Below are positions 10,112 to 18,746 of a stretch of 32,000 nt of DNA, piece by piece (within the stretch, counting starts at the first letter, position 1; each line of letters opens with the position of its first letter). Under the pieces are notes generated by a model that had not been told where the DNA came from, made no database searches, and saw nothing but the letters and a program-made list of their open reading frames with translations. The stretch is from Mycobacterium kansasii ATCC 12478 (GTDB taxonomy: Bacteria > Actinomycetota > Actinomycetes > Mycobacteriales > Mycobacteriaceae). Both the position numbers and the translations under genes were made by a program. Location: assembly GCF_000157895.3 (NCBI RefSeq), contig NC_022663.1, forward strand, positions 1,147,465-1,179,464, in the 5' to 3' direction.

Positions 10112-12987
10112 CACACGTGGAAGATGCGGCCACGAGCCCGATCAGCACCCAAGACCCCGAGACCCGCCCCAGCAGCCACCCGCACCGGCCCGTCATCCCC
10201 CACACCATCCGTATCTTCGCGGTGCCGATCATCCTGGCCTGGGTGGTGCTGACCGTCATCGTCAACGTCGCCGTGCCGCGACTGGAAGTCGTCAGCGAGG
10301 AACATTCCGCGCCGATGACGCCATTGGACGCGCCGTCGATGAAAGCGATGATGCTGTTGGGGCACAACTTCCGGGAGTTCGATTCCAACAGCACGGTCAT
10401 GATCGTCCTGGAAGGTCAGCAGCCGCTGGGCGACGACGCGCACCACTACTACGACGACCTGATTCGCCAGCTGCGTCAGGACCGCACGCACGTCCAGCAC
10501 ATCCAGGATTTCTGGGGAGACCGGCTCACCGCGGCCGGCGCGCAGAGCGCCGACGCCAAGGGCGCCTACGTCATGCTGAACCTCGCCGGCAACCAGGGCA
10601 CCACGCTGGCCAACGAATCCGTCGAGGCCGTCCGAAAGGTGATCGACCGCAACCAGCCGCCGCCCGGAGTGCGGGCCTACGTCACCGGTCCCGCCGCGCT
10701 CAGTGACGACATGCACATCATCGGTAACGCCAGCCTGGCCAAGATCACCCTGTTCACCCTCGGTGCCATCGCCATCATGCTGCTGCTGGTCTACCGCTCC
10801 ATCGTCACCACGCTCGTCCAGTTGTTCATGACCGGCATCGCGCTGGCTTCCGCGCGCGGGGTGGTCGCGGTTCTGGGGTACCACAACGTCTTCGGGCTCA
10901 CGACGTTTGCCGCCAATATCCTCACCATGCTGGCGATCGCCGCCGGCACCGACTACGGGATCTTCCTGGTCGGCCGCTATCAGGAGGCGCTACGGGCCGG
11001 CGAGGACCGAGAAACCGCCTACTACACCACCTTTCGCGGGGTGGCCCCGGTAGTGTTGGGCTCGGGACTGACCATCGCCGGGGCGACCTACTGCCTGAGC
11101 TTCGCGCGGCTGCCCTGGTTCAACACCATGGGCGCGCCCGTGGCGATCGGCATGCTCGTGGTGGTGTTGGCCGGGGTGACGCTGGGTCCCGCGGTGGTCT
11201 TCGTCGGCAGCCGGTTCCACCTGTTCGAGTCCCGGCGGGCGGCCCGGAAAGGCAGGCTGTGGCGGCGCGTCGGCACCGCCGTGGTGCGTTGGCCCGCACC
11301 GATTCTGGCGGTCAGCGGTGCGATCGTGCTGGTGGGCATGGTCGCGCTGCCGACCTTCAAGACCAGCTACAACGACCGCTACTACCTGCCGGCCGCAGCG
11401 CCCTCCAACCTCGGGCAAGCCGCCGCCGACCGGCATTTCTCCCAAGCGCGGATGAACCCGGACATGCTGATGATCGAGGCCGACCACGACATGCGCAATA
11501 CCGCCGACATGCTGGTCTTGGACAAGGTGGCCAAGAACGTCATCCGGGTCGTCGGAATCGCCATGATCCAGGACATCACCCGACCGCTGGGCATCCCAAT
11601 TCAGCACAGCTCCATACCATTCCAGAACAGCATGCAAAGCCAGACGACCATGCAGAACATGGCGTTCCTGAAGGACCGCATGGCCGACATCACCAAGATG
11701 GCCGACGAAATGCAATTCATGATCGACACGATGCAGCGCATGTACCAGGTGACCCAAGAACTTTCCAGCGCCGCCGACGACAGCGCGCGGACCACGGCGG
11801 AAACAGCCGATATCACCAACCGATTACGGGACCACATCGCCGATTTCGACGACTTCTGGCGTCCGATACGAAGCTACTTCTACTGGGAGAAGCACTGCTA
11901 CGACATTCCCATCTGCTGGTCGATACGGTCGCTGTTCGACTCGTTGGACGGCTTCGACCAGCTGGCCGGGCAATTCGACGAGCTGACCGCGGACATCCAG
12001 CGCACCGCCACCGCCACCCACGAGATGCTGGTGCTGATCCCGCCGATGATCGACACCATGAAGACCACCAAGGCCCTGACGCTGACCATGCAGGCCACCT
12101 TCTCGGCAATGCTCGACCAGATGGACGAGCTGAGCAATACCGCCATCGTCATGGGGCAGAGTTTCGACGCCTCCAAGAACGACGACTTCTTCTACCTGCC
12201 ACCGGAAGCCTTCGACAACCCCGACTTCCAGACCGGGCTTCGGATGTTCTTGTCGCCGGACGGCAAGTCCGCGCGCTTCTTCATCACCCACCAGGGCGAT
12301 CCGATGACCCCGGAGGGAATCTCGCGCGTCGACGCCGAGCGCACCGCGGCCCAGGAGGGTCTCAAGCAGTCGTCGCTCTCGGATGCCAAGGTGTATCTCG
12401 GGGGCACCGCCGCGACGTTCAAGGACATGGCCGACGGCGAAAAGTACGATCTGATGATCGCGGTGGTGTCGGCACTGACGCTGATCTTCATGATCATGCT
12501 GTTGCTCACCCGAAGCGTGGTCGCCGCGCTGGTTATCGTCGGCACCGCGGCCAGCTCGATCGCCGCGTCCTTCGGGTTGTCGGTGCTGATTTGGCAAGAT
12601 CTGTTCGGCTTCAAGATCCACTGGATCGTGGCGGCGCTGTCGGTCATCATCCTGCTGGCCGTGGGGTCCGACTACAACCTGCTGTTGGTCTCGCGTTTCC
12701 GCGAGGAGATCCATGCCGGACTCAAGACCGGAACCATCCGCTCCATGGCCGGCACCGGCGGGGTGGTGACGGCCGCGGGTCTGGTGTTCGCCTTCACCAT
12801 GGCCGCCATGCTGGGCAGCGAATTGCGGGTGCTCGGCCAGTTCGGGTCGACGGTCTGTATCGGGCTGCTGCTCGACACGTTGATCGTGCGCACCCTGCTG
12901 ATGCCGTCGATCGCCACGCTGCTGGGCCGCTGGTTCTGGTGGCCGCAGGTGGTCCACCCGCGCGGTCACAATGCACGGCGAGCGTAA
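10108..12987 (+). CDS. mmpL: MmpL family RND transporter (MmpL4/MmpL5-like clade)
   Basis: 959 aa from ATG 10108; the upstream part of the 1014-aa track ORF overlaps mmpS. Two TM bundles carry the motifs AAGTDYGIFLVGRYQEA and AVGSDYNLLLVSRFREE. A long Met/Gln-rich coiled-coil insertion in the second periplasmic domain (about 11570-12180) and the mmpS partner are typical of the MmpL4/5 group. Confidence 0.93.
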   Translation: MTHVEDAATSPISTQDPETRPSSHPHRPVIPHTIRIFAVPIILAWVVLTVIVNVAVPRLEVVSEEHSAPMTPLDAPSMKAMMLLGHNFREFDSNSTVMIVLEGQQPLGDDAHHYYDDLIRQLRQDRTHVQHIQDFWGDRLTAAGAQSADAKGAYVMLNLAGNQGTTLANESVEAVRKVIDRNQPPPGVRAYVTGPAALSDDMHIIGNASLAKITLFTLGAIAIMLLLVYRSIVTTLVQLFMTGIALASARGVVAVLGYHNVFGLTTFAANILTMLAIAAGTDYGIFLVGRYQEALRAGEDRETAYYTTFRGVAPVVLGSGLTIAGATYCLSFARLPWFNTMGAPVAIGMLVVVLAGVTLGPAVVFVGSRFHLFESRRAARKGRLWRRVGTAVVRWPAPILAVSGAIVLVGMVALPTFKTSYNDRYYLPAAAPSNLGQAAADRHFSQARMNPDMLMIEADHDMRNTADMLVLDKVAKNVIRVVGIAMIQDITRPLGIPIQHSSIPFQNSMQSQTTMQNMAFLKDRMADITKMADEMQFMIDTMQRMYQVTQELSSAADDSARTTAETADITNRLRDHIADFDDFWRPIRSYFYWEKHCYDIPICWSIRSLFDSLDGFDQLAGQFDELTADIQRTATATHEMLVLIPPMIDTMKTTKALTLTMQATFSAMLDQMDELSNTAIVMGQSFDASKNDDFFYLPPEAFDNPDFQTGLRMFLSPDGKSARFFITHQGDPMTPEGISRVDAERTAAQEGLKQSSLSDAKVYLGGTAATFKDMADGEKYDLMIAVVSALTLIFMIMLLLTRSVVAALVIVGTAASSIAASFGLSVLIWQDLFGFKIHWIVAALSVIILLAVGSDYNLLLVSRFREEIHAGLKTGTIRSMAGTGGVVTAAGLVFAFTMAAMLGSELRVLGQFGSTVCIGLLLDTLIVRTLLMPSIATLLGRWFWWPQVVHPRGHNARRA

Positions 12988-13218
12988 CGTTCTAGAAAAT
13001 CGTTCGGGTACTTTGGTTTTCAAGTCCTGCGCGGTCGATGCGGGATCGATAACCACAACAGGTGGCTTGGTTCCTCCGCACAGCCACGCCGAACCTATTT
13101 TCATGCAACCGTGTACAAGCCACTGCAGGCGATATCAGAATAATTTCATCGCTGTTTCATCGCCGATGCAGATCCTCATCTGGCGACGGCACAAGTGTTG
13201 GCGGACGGGAGGTACGAG

Positions 13219-14745
13219 ATGTCGTTCGTGAGCGTGGCGCCCGAGCCGGCGGCGGTCGCGACGACGGACCTGACCCGTATCGGCTCAGCAATCAGCGCCG
13301 CGAACAGCGCCGCCGTCGTCCCGACGACCGCGCTGCTGTCCGCCGGCGCCGATGAGGTCTCGGCAGTGATGGCCACGCTGTTTGCCGAATACGGTCGCCA
13401 GTATCAGGCGCTGGCCGGACAGGTCGCGGCATCATATGACCAATTCACCCGCACGGTGCTGGCGGGCGTGAATGCCTATGCCGCCGCCGAGGTCGCCAAC
13501 ATCACCCAGCTTGCGACAAACGTGGCGAACGCGGTCAATGAGCCGGTTCTGGAGCTGACCGGCCGCCCGCTGTTCGGCAACGGCGCCGACGGGTACACCA
13601 ACGCTCAAGGCGTGGGGACGGCCGGCAAGCCCGGCGGCTGGCTGTACGGCAACGGCGGAACCGGCGGCATCAGCACGCGGGCCGGAGTGCCCGGGGGGGC
13701 CGGCGGGGCAGCGGGTCTGATCGGCACCGGCGGTACCGGCGGCAGCAGCGTTTACGGTGGGGCGCCCGGAGGTGCCGGCGGGCCCGCGATCCTGATCGGT
13801 GACGGCGGCACCGGCGGGGCCAGCGGTCCCGGCGGCGTCGGCGGCATTGGCGGCCGTGCCGGTTTGCTGTGGGGGCACACCGGCACCGCCGGCATCAGCA
13901 CCCTGCTTTCCCCGAACCAAACTCTGATCTATGTGGATCAATACGGCAACCCGCTGCTCAACATCTCGGTGGGCGGCGGACCAAGTCTGCCCGTCATCGT
14001 CGACTCCGGCTCCACCGGACTCTTGGTCCCACCGCAATATGTCAATGTGGCGGCTCTCGGCCCGCCCACCGGGACGGGCTCCGTCAGTTACGGCCTCAGC
14101 AACACCGGTCGCCTCTACATCGACTACCAGACATATCAAACGACCGTGAATTTCGGGAACGGAATTGTCAGCCCGTCGGCCACCGTTGCGGTCGCCACCT
14201 CCGCATATCTGGGTACGCCAAGCCACCCCATCGACCCTTCGTTGTTACCCGCCTATCTGGGCGTGGGTCCCAACAACATGTTTCCGTTCGCCACGCCCAC
14301 AAATGCGGCTTTGCCGGTCGGCATGAATCAGGGTGTGCTCATCAATATGCCTCGCGGTTTGCTGGAGTTCGGCCCAAATTCACTGCCGCCCATCGTCCAG
14401 CTCAATGGAGCGCCGGGAACCATGGTTCAGGTGCAGATCAACAACGGGCTGCCGCAGACCGTTCCCGCATACATCGATTCCGGCGGCGTGGGCGGAACCA
14501 TCCCACAATCGTTGGTGCCTGACCTGGCGGTCGGCAATCACCTTCCCGAAGGCACAACCATCACGGTCACCACGATCAACGGTGTGCCCCTCTACACGCA
14601 GACGGTCACTGCTGCCAACTCCCCAACCGTTGTGTCCTCGGGCAATCCGTTCAATACCGGGAATTACCCCTTCTCCATCGGGCCGATCTATATCTGGAAC
14701 GATCCCAGCCCGATAGGAACGACGGTCTTTGACCGACTGGCCTGA
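13219..14745 (+). CDS. PE family protein with a short PGRS-like Gly-rich linker and a C-terminal aspartic protease domain (PecA / PE_PGRS35 / PE_PGRS16 type)
   Basis: ATG 13219 is preceded by GGGAGG (13207-13212). The PE domain starts MSFVSVAPE..AAVATTDLTRIGSAISAANSAA. GGxGG repeats span about 13560-13880. Two Asp-Ser-Gly motifs are present: VIVDSGSTG (D at 14002) and AYIDSGGVG (D at 14476). Confidence 0.9.
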   Translation: MSFVSVAPEPAAVATTDLTRIGSAISAANSAAVVPTTALLSAGADEVSAVMATLFAEYGRQYQALAGQVAASYDQFTRTVLAGVNAYAAAEVANITQLATNVANAVNEPVLELTGRPLFGNGADGYTNAQGVGTAGKPGGWLYGNGGTGGISTRAGVPGGAGGAAGLIGTGGTGGSSVYGGAPGGAGGPAILIGDGGTGGASGPGGVGGIGGRAGLLWGHTGTAGISTLLSPNQTLIYVDQYGNPLLNISVGGGPSLPVIVDSGSTGLLVPPQYVNVAALGPPTGTGSVSYGLSNTGRLYIDYQTYQTTVNFGNGIVSPSATVAVATSAYLGTPSHPIDPSLLPAYLGVGPNNMFPFATPTNAALPVGMNQGVLINMPRGLLEFGPNSLPPIVQLNGAPGTMVQVQINNGLPQTVPAYIDSGGVGGTIPQSLVPDLAVGNHLPEGTTITVTTINGVPLYTQTVTAANSPTVVSSGNPFNTGNYPFSIGPIYIWNDPSPIGTTVFDRLA

Positions 14746-14756
14746 CCGCTTCAGCG

Positions 14757-15587
14757 CTAACGGTCAACGTGCAGGCAGACTGCGACCGCCCCGGCGCCCA
14801 CGTGTACCGCCAGCACCGGCCCCAAGTCGGTCACGATTGCCGGCTCACCCGCCGGGAGCCGCCGGGCCAGCTCCGCCGCCACTTCCCCGGCGCCGCCGGA
14901 GTTGGCGACGTGATGCACCGCAACAGCAGCAGGGCCTTCGCCCACCACCTCGCACACCCTGTCGATCATCGCCGCCATCGCGTGTTTGACCGTGCGAACA
15001 CGTTGGGCCAGAACAAGTTTCCCGTCGTCGATGCGAAGTATCGGCTTGAGCGCCAGCGCGGTACCCAGCCATGCCTTGGCTCCGCCGATCCGCCCGCTGC
15101 GGCGCAGGTTGTCCAGCCGGTGTACGACGATGAACGCTTGCGTACGCCGCACCGCTTCCTGGGCGGCGCGAGCAACGGCATCCAGGTCATTGCCGGCCGC
15201 CGCGGCACGCGCGGCAGCCAGCACCGTGAATCCGGTGCCCATCGCCGCCGACTTCGAGTCGATGACCCGCACGGCCGGGCCGAGGCCGGCCGCGGTCAGC
15301 TCGGCGGCACGGCAGGTTCCCGACAGTCCCGACGAGATATGTACCGCCACCACGCCGTCGCCGTCGCTGTCGGCCAGCGCCTGCCGGTAGGCGGCATCCA
15401 GCTCGGCTGGGGTGGCCGCGGCGGTGGTGGCGTGGCGCTGGTAGATGTCGGCGGGTATCTCATCGACACCGTCGCGAAGGTCGGCGCCGTCGAGCAGGAT
15501 ATGCAGCGGCACTTCGCGTATCGCCCAGGTGTCGCGCAGGTCGGCAGGTAGGCGCGCCGACGTATCCGTCACCACCACGACGGACAT
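14757..15587 (-). CDS. DegV family fatty-acid-binding protein
   Basis: 276 aa. MSVVVVTDTSARLP...HISSGLSGT...VIDSKSAAMGTGF is the DegV pattern, and the position matches Rv2417c. The start lies 3 nt after the octT stop. Confidence 0.88.
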   Translation of the reverse strand: MSVVVVTDTSARLPADLRDTWAIREVPLHILLDGADLRDGVDEIPADIYQRHATTAAATPAELDAAYRQALADSDGDGVVAVHISSGLSGTCRAAELTAAGLGPAVRVIDSKSAAMGTGFTVLAAARAAAAGNDLDAVARAAQEAVRRTQAFIVVHRLDNLRRSGRIGGAKAWLGTALALKPILRIDDGKLVLAQRVRTVKHAMAAMIDRVCEVVGEGPAAVAVHHVANSGGAGEVAAELARRLPAGEPAIVTDLGPVLAVHVGAGAVAVCLHVDR

Positions 15588-15590
15588 GGC

Positions 15591-16328
15591 TCAGCCGCGC
15601 GGCTTCTCGTTCGGCACCCCGGCTTCGGCCAGCGCCTTGAGCATCAGTTCCGCGACCGCCTGATGGGCTTCGAAGTTCCAGTGAATGCCGTCCGGATTGC
15701 CTCGCCCACTCATAATGTGCTCGGCGACAGCGGCTTTGAGGTCCACCAGGGGAATATCGTGACCCTGTGCCCATTCGATGATCGCGGCCGCGGTAGCCTT
15801 CCGGCCGTGGTGCGCCCTGCGGTAGGTCTCGGCGATGTGCACCGACGGCAGGGATGCCACCACCGGGATGCCGGGCCGGTTGAAATCTATTGCGCCGCGG
15901 GTCTGTTCGAGGTATTCGACGGTCAGGTGCGGGGGTAGCGCGGACCGGGCCACCGGCGAAAACCGGGGCTGCGCCCAGGCGTAGCCGTCGCGCGCCCACC
16001 GCCGTAACCAGGGTGGGCGGACGTACCGGATGAGTTCACGCAGCGCGGTCGGCAGCACCGACGGCAGCGAATCCATCCCGCTGGTGGCGAAGACCACCGC
16101 TCCCGCCCGGGGCAGCGCCGCCCACGAACGCGGGTCTTGGGTCGCCGCCCACCACACGTCCCGGCACGTCCAGCCGATGCGGCCGATCAATTCTAGATCC
16201 CAATCCAGTTGGGCTGCAACGATATTGGGCCAGATGCGCGGGTCGTCGGCGGGTAGGCCGCCGGTGGGCCCGTAATAGGCCAGCGAGTCGGCGAAGACCA
16301 GCAGCACCGGCCGAGCCTCAGAGGACAT
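15591..16328 (-). CDS. octT: SGNH/GDSL-like acyltransferase, OctT (diglucosylglycerate octanoyltransferase, Rv2418c-like)
   Basis: The start is placed at ATG 16328 ([21 protein letters not shown]), which overlaps the gpgP 3' end by 11 nt and gives 245 aa, against about 247 aa for Rv2418c as I recall it. The upstream 37 codons of the track ORF lie inside gpgP. It has an ADS(L) block-I-like motif. The function is assigned from position next to gpgP and the published OctT assignment. Confidence 0.78.
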   Translation of the reverse strand: MSSEARPVLLVFADSLAYYGPTGGLPADDPRIWPNIVAAQLDWDLELIGRIGWTCRDVWWAATQDPRSWAALPRAGAVVFATSGMDSLPSVLPTALRELIRYVRPPWLRRWARDGYAWAQPRFSPVARSALPPHLTVEYLEQTRGAIDFNRPGIPVVASLPSVHIAETYRRAHHGRKATAAAIIEWAQGHDIPLVDLKAAVAEHIMSGRGNPDGIHWNFEAHQAVAELMLKALAEAGVPNEKPRG

Positions 16329-16983
16329 CGCCGACAACCTGAGCCGAGGCATTCCACACATCGAGGCGCCAGCGGATCTCGGCGTTATTGCTGGCCGAAT
16401 GTCCGCTGAGTTGTGTCCAACTGGCGTTGCCCATACCACCCAGGGCGGGCCAGTGGGCTACCGGCAGCTGCAGCAGCGCGGCGGTCAGCGCGGCGATGAG
16501 CCCTCCGTGGGTCACCAGCACCACCGGTCGATCCGGTTGTTGAGGGTCACCCCAACCGGGTTCGGCGGACACCAATTCGGTGACCACCGGCAGACTTCGG
16601 GCGGCGACGTCAATCCTGCTTTCCCCGCCGTGCGGTGCCAATGTCGCATCCTCCCGCCAGGCCAGCCGCGCACCAGGCGCTTCGTCGTCGATCTCGGCGT
16701 GGGTCATGCCCTGCCAGTCGCTGATGTGAGTTTCGCGCAACCGGCGGTCAACCCGGACCGGCAATCCGGTCCGTTCTCCCAGTGTCATCGCCGTGTCGTA
16801 GGCACGCCGCAGATCCGACGACACGATCAGCAGCGGCTGCATCTTGCCCAGCGCTTCGGCGGCGGCGACCGCCTGGGCTCGGCCCAGGTCGGTCAAGTGG
16901 GTGTCCAGGTGACCCTGCATCCGGCTGCCCAGGTTGAAATCGGTTTGCCCGTGGCGCAGCATCACCAGCCGCCGCACCCTCAT
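16318..16983 (-). CDS. gpgP: glucosyl-3-phosphoglycerate phosphatase (histidine phosphatase superfamily)
   Basis: ATG 16983 overlaps the rsfS stop (ATGA), giving 221 aa. It carries the LRHGQTDFN catalytic RHG motif and the later THGG motif. Position and size match Rv2419c. Confidence 0.85.
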   Translation of the reverse strand: MRVRRLVMLRHGQTDFNLGSRMQGHLDTHLTDLGRAQAVAAAEALGKMQPLLIVSSDLRRAYDTAMTLGERTGLPVRVDRRLRETHISDWQGMTHAEIDDEAPGARLAWREDATLAPHGGESRIDVAARSLPVVTELVSAEPGWGDPQQPDRPVVLVTHGGLIAALTAALLQLPVAHWPALGGMGNASWTQLSGHSASNNAEIRWRLDVWNASAQVVGDVL

Positions 16984-17360
16984 TGCAGATCCTCGGAGGT
17001 CGGCGCCAGGTTCACCGGCACCACCGGGCAGTCGCTCCACAGCCGGTCCAGGGCGTAGAAGTCCCGGTCATCCTGGTGCTGGACATGCACGACGATGTCG
17101 CGGTAATCCAGCAACGTCCAGCGGCCTTCCCGGGCGCCCTCGCGCCGCGCCGGCCGGTAACCAGCCCGGCGCATCTTCTCCTCGACTTCGTCGACGATCG
17201 CGTTGACCTGCCGTTCGTTGGACGCCGAGGCAATGACGAAACAGTCCGTGATGACCAGTTGCCCCGAGACGTCGATGACCACGACGTCGTCGGCGAGCTT
17301 GGCTGCGGCCGCACCGGCGGCCACGGTCGCCATATCGATGGCTTCCTGAGTGGCGGTCAT
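16980..17360 (-). CDS. rsfS: ribosome silencing factor RsfS
   Basis: ATG 17360 overlaps the nadD stop (ATGA), giving 126 aa, the same length as Rv2420c. The motif [43 protein letters not shown] is the RsfS/iojap signature. The 229-aa track ORF is an N-terminal over-extension into nadD. Confidence 0.9.
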   Translation of the reverse strand: MTATQEAIDMATVAAGAAAAKLADDVVVIDVSGQLVITDCFVIASASNERQVNAIVDEVEEKMRRAGYRPARREGAREGRWTLLDYRDIVVHVQHQDDRDFYALDRLWSDCPVVPVNLAPTSEDLQ

Positions 17361-18022
17361 GCGCTGTTTCCCGCAGTCAGGCTGGAGCTCGTGGGGTTCG
17401 CGGGCTCCTCGGGTTTGCGGTAGAGGCGGCGCTTGGAGACGTACTGCACGACGCCGTCGGGCATCAGGTACCACAATGGCCGTGATTCTGCGGCCCGCTG
17501 ACGGCAATCGGTGGACGAGATGGCCAGCGCCGGGATCTCGACCAGGGTCAAGGCATCCTCGGACAGCCCGGCCAGGGCGGCGGTGACATGGTCGTGGCGC
17601 AGGTCGTAGCCGGGTCGGCTGACACCGACGAACCGCGCCAGCTCGAACAGCTCCTCCCAGCGGTGCCACGACAGAATCGACGCCAGTGCGTCGGCGCCGG
17701 TGATGAAGTACAGCTGCGCCTGCGGGTCGAGGTCGTGCAGATCGCGCAACGTGTCCTTGGTGTAGGTGGGGCCGCCGCGGTCGATGTCGACCCGGCTCAC
17801 CGAAAAGCGGGGATTGGACGCGGTCGCGATCACCGTCATCAGATAGCGGTCCTCGGCGGCGGAAACGTCGCCGCCCTTCTGCCAGGGCTGGCCGCTGGGC
17901 ACGAACACCACTTCGTCCAGGTCGAACCGGTCGGCGACCTCGCTGGCGGCCACCAGGTGGCCGTGGTGGATGGGATCGAATGTCCCACCCATCACTCCCA
18001 GCCTGCGACGGTGCCTTTGCAC
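17357..18022 (-). CDS. nadD: nicotinate-nucleotide adenylyltransferase
   Basis: 221 aa with GTG start at 18022. It carries the [15 protein letters not shown] (T/H)xGH motif and the C-terminal ISSTDCR motif (ISST). Confidence 0.9.
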   Translation of the reverse strand: MQRHRRRLGVMGGTFDPIHHGHLVAASEVADRFDLDEVVFVPSGQPWQKGGDVSAAEDRYLMTVIATASNPRFSVSRVDIDRGGPTYTKDTLRDLHDLDPQAQLYFITGADALASILSWHRWEELFELARFVGVSRPGYDLRHDHVTAALAGLSEDALTLVEIPALAISSTDCRQRAAESRPLWYLMPDGVVQYVSKRRLYRKPEEPANPTSSSLTAGNSA

Positions 18023-18430
18023 GATTTGCCAGCTTACTTCGACCTTTCGCGGATCTTGTCGCGCGGTTCAGCTGGCCTGCATCGTCGACGATGCGCTGGC
18101 CGGATGCAACCGCCGAAGAGCATCGGCGGATCCTGGCACGCCGGAATCGGCGGGCGCCGGACGTCTCCGCGCCTCACTCGGAAATTCATGGTTGAGCTGA
18201 CCACGAATGCTGCTGGTCAACGATGTCCTCTGGGCGCAGCCCCCGGACGCCGGGCTCTGTTTTCGGCACGCCGATACCGCAGCTTGGCTCAAACCGCTCG
18301 TCATGGCAGGCGTTGGGGAGATGCCTCAGGTGCTGACCCAATCGGCGGCCATGCCACCGGATCGAGTGTGCAGTGACGGCTTTGACTGTGTATGTAGGGC
18401 GGGCACGTGCACGAGTCGGCCGCCCTGACG

Positions 18431-18509
18431 GCACACTCGACGCCGCCAGCGCACACTCGGCGCTGCCAGCCACACTCGGCGCCGCCAGCGCACACTCGGC
18501 GCCGCCAGC
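18431..18509. repeat. tandem repeat, 4 copies of a 19-20 bp unit (consensus GCACACTCGGCGCCGCCAGC)
   Basis: Read directly: the units are 18431-18450, 18451-18470, 18471-18489 (19 bp) and 18490-18509, with 0-1 mismatch per unit. Confidence 0.9.
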
Positions 18510-18651
18510 CACCGACCTAACCGCACCAGCACGCGATCTTCCATCTCCCACACCGGCCCCCGCGACCGCCCGGAACTGGACATCGAGTTGCTGATCCGAG
18601 CGCCGCGATCCGTCAGCCATTCGTTGGCCGGCGCCAGTTCGGAGGACGTCG

Positions 18652-18702
18652 GGCCTCAGCATGGCCTAAGCCGGCCTAAGCCGGCCTAAGCCGGCCTACA
18701 CC
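18652..18702. repeat. tandem repeat of a 10-bp unit GGCCTAAGCC (3 perfect copies plus degenerate flanking copies)
   Basis: Perfect units lie at 18663-18672, 18673-18682 and 18683-18692. Degenerate copies are GGCCTCAGCA(T) at 18652-18662 and GGCCTACACC at 18693-18702. Confidence 0.9.
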
Positions 18703-18746
18703 ATTGCTTCAATGCCGGTGTAACCGCGCGCCAGGTCGTGTAAAAG

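Noticed and set aside
10081-13104. Minus-strand ORFs antisense to mmpL (10081-10884, 10990-11757, 11824-13104) and the plus-strand off-frame ORF 11259-12995.
   Set aside because: Their composition is the mirror image of the MmpL codon bias (Asp/His/Arg/Gly-rich). They have no motifs and are nested in a confidently called 959-aa transporter.
18186-18662. A 158-aa minus-strand ORF that starts right after the 10-bp repeat and runs through the 20-bp repeat.
   Set aside because: It shows moderate GC3, Arg/Ala/Gly-rich sequence and no SD. The repeat period is not a multiple of 3, and it overlaps other equally weak ORFs. It is kept only as part of the 'unexplained gap' finding.
18431-18702. Whether the two tandem arrays could be a CRISPR array.
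   Set aside because: The units are directly abutting with no unique spacers and are only 10 or 20 bp long. No cas genes are present.
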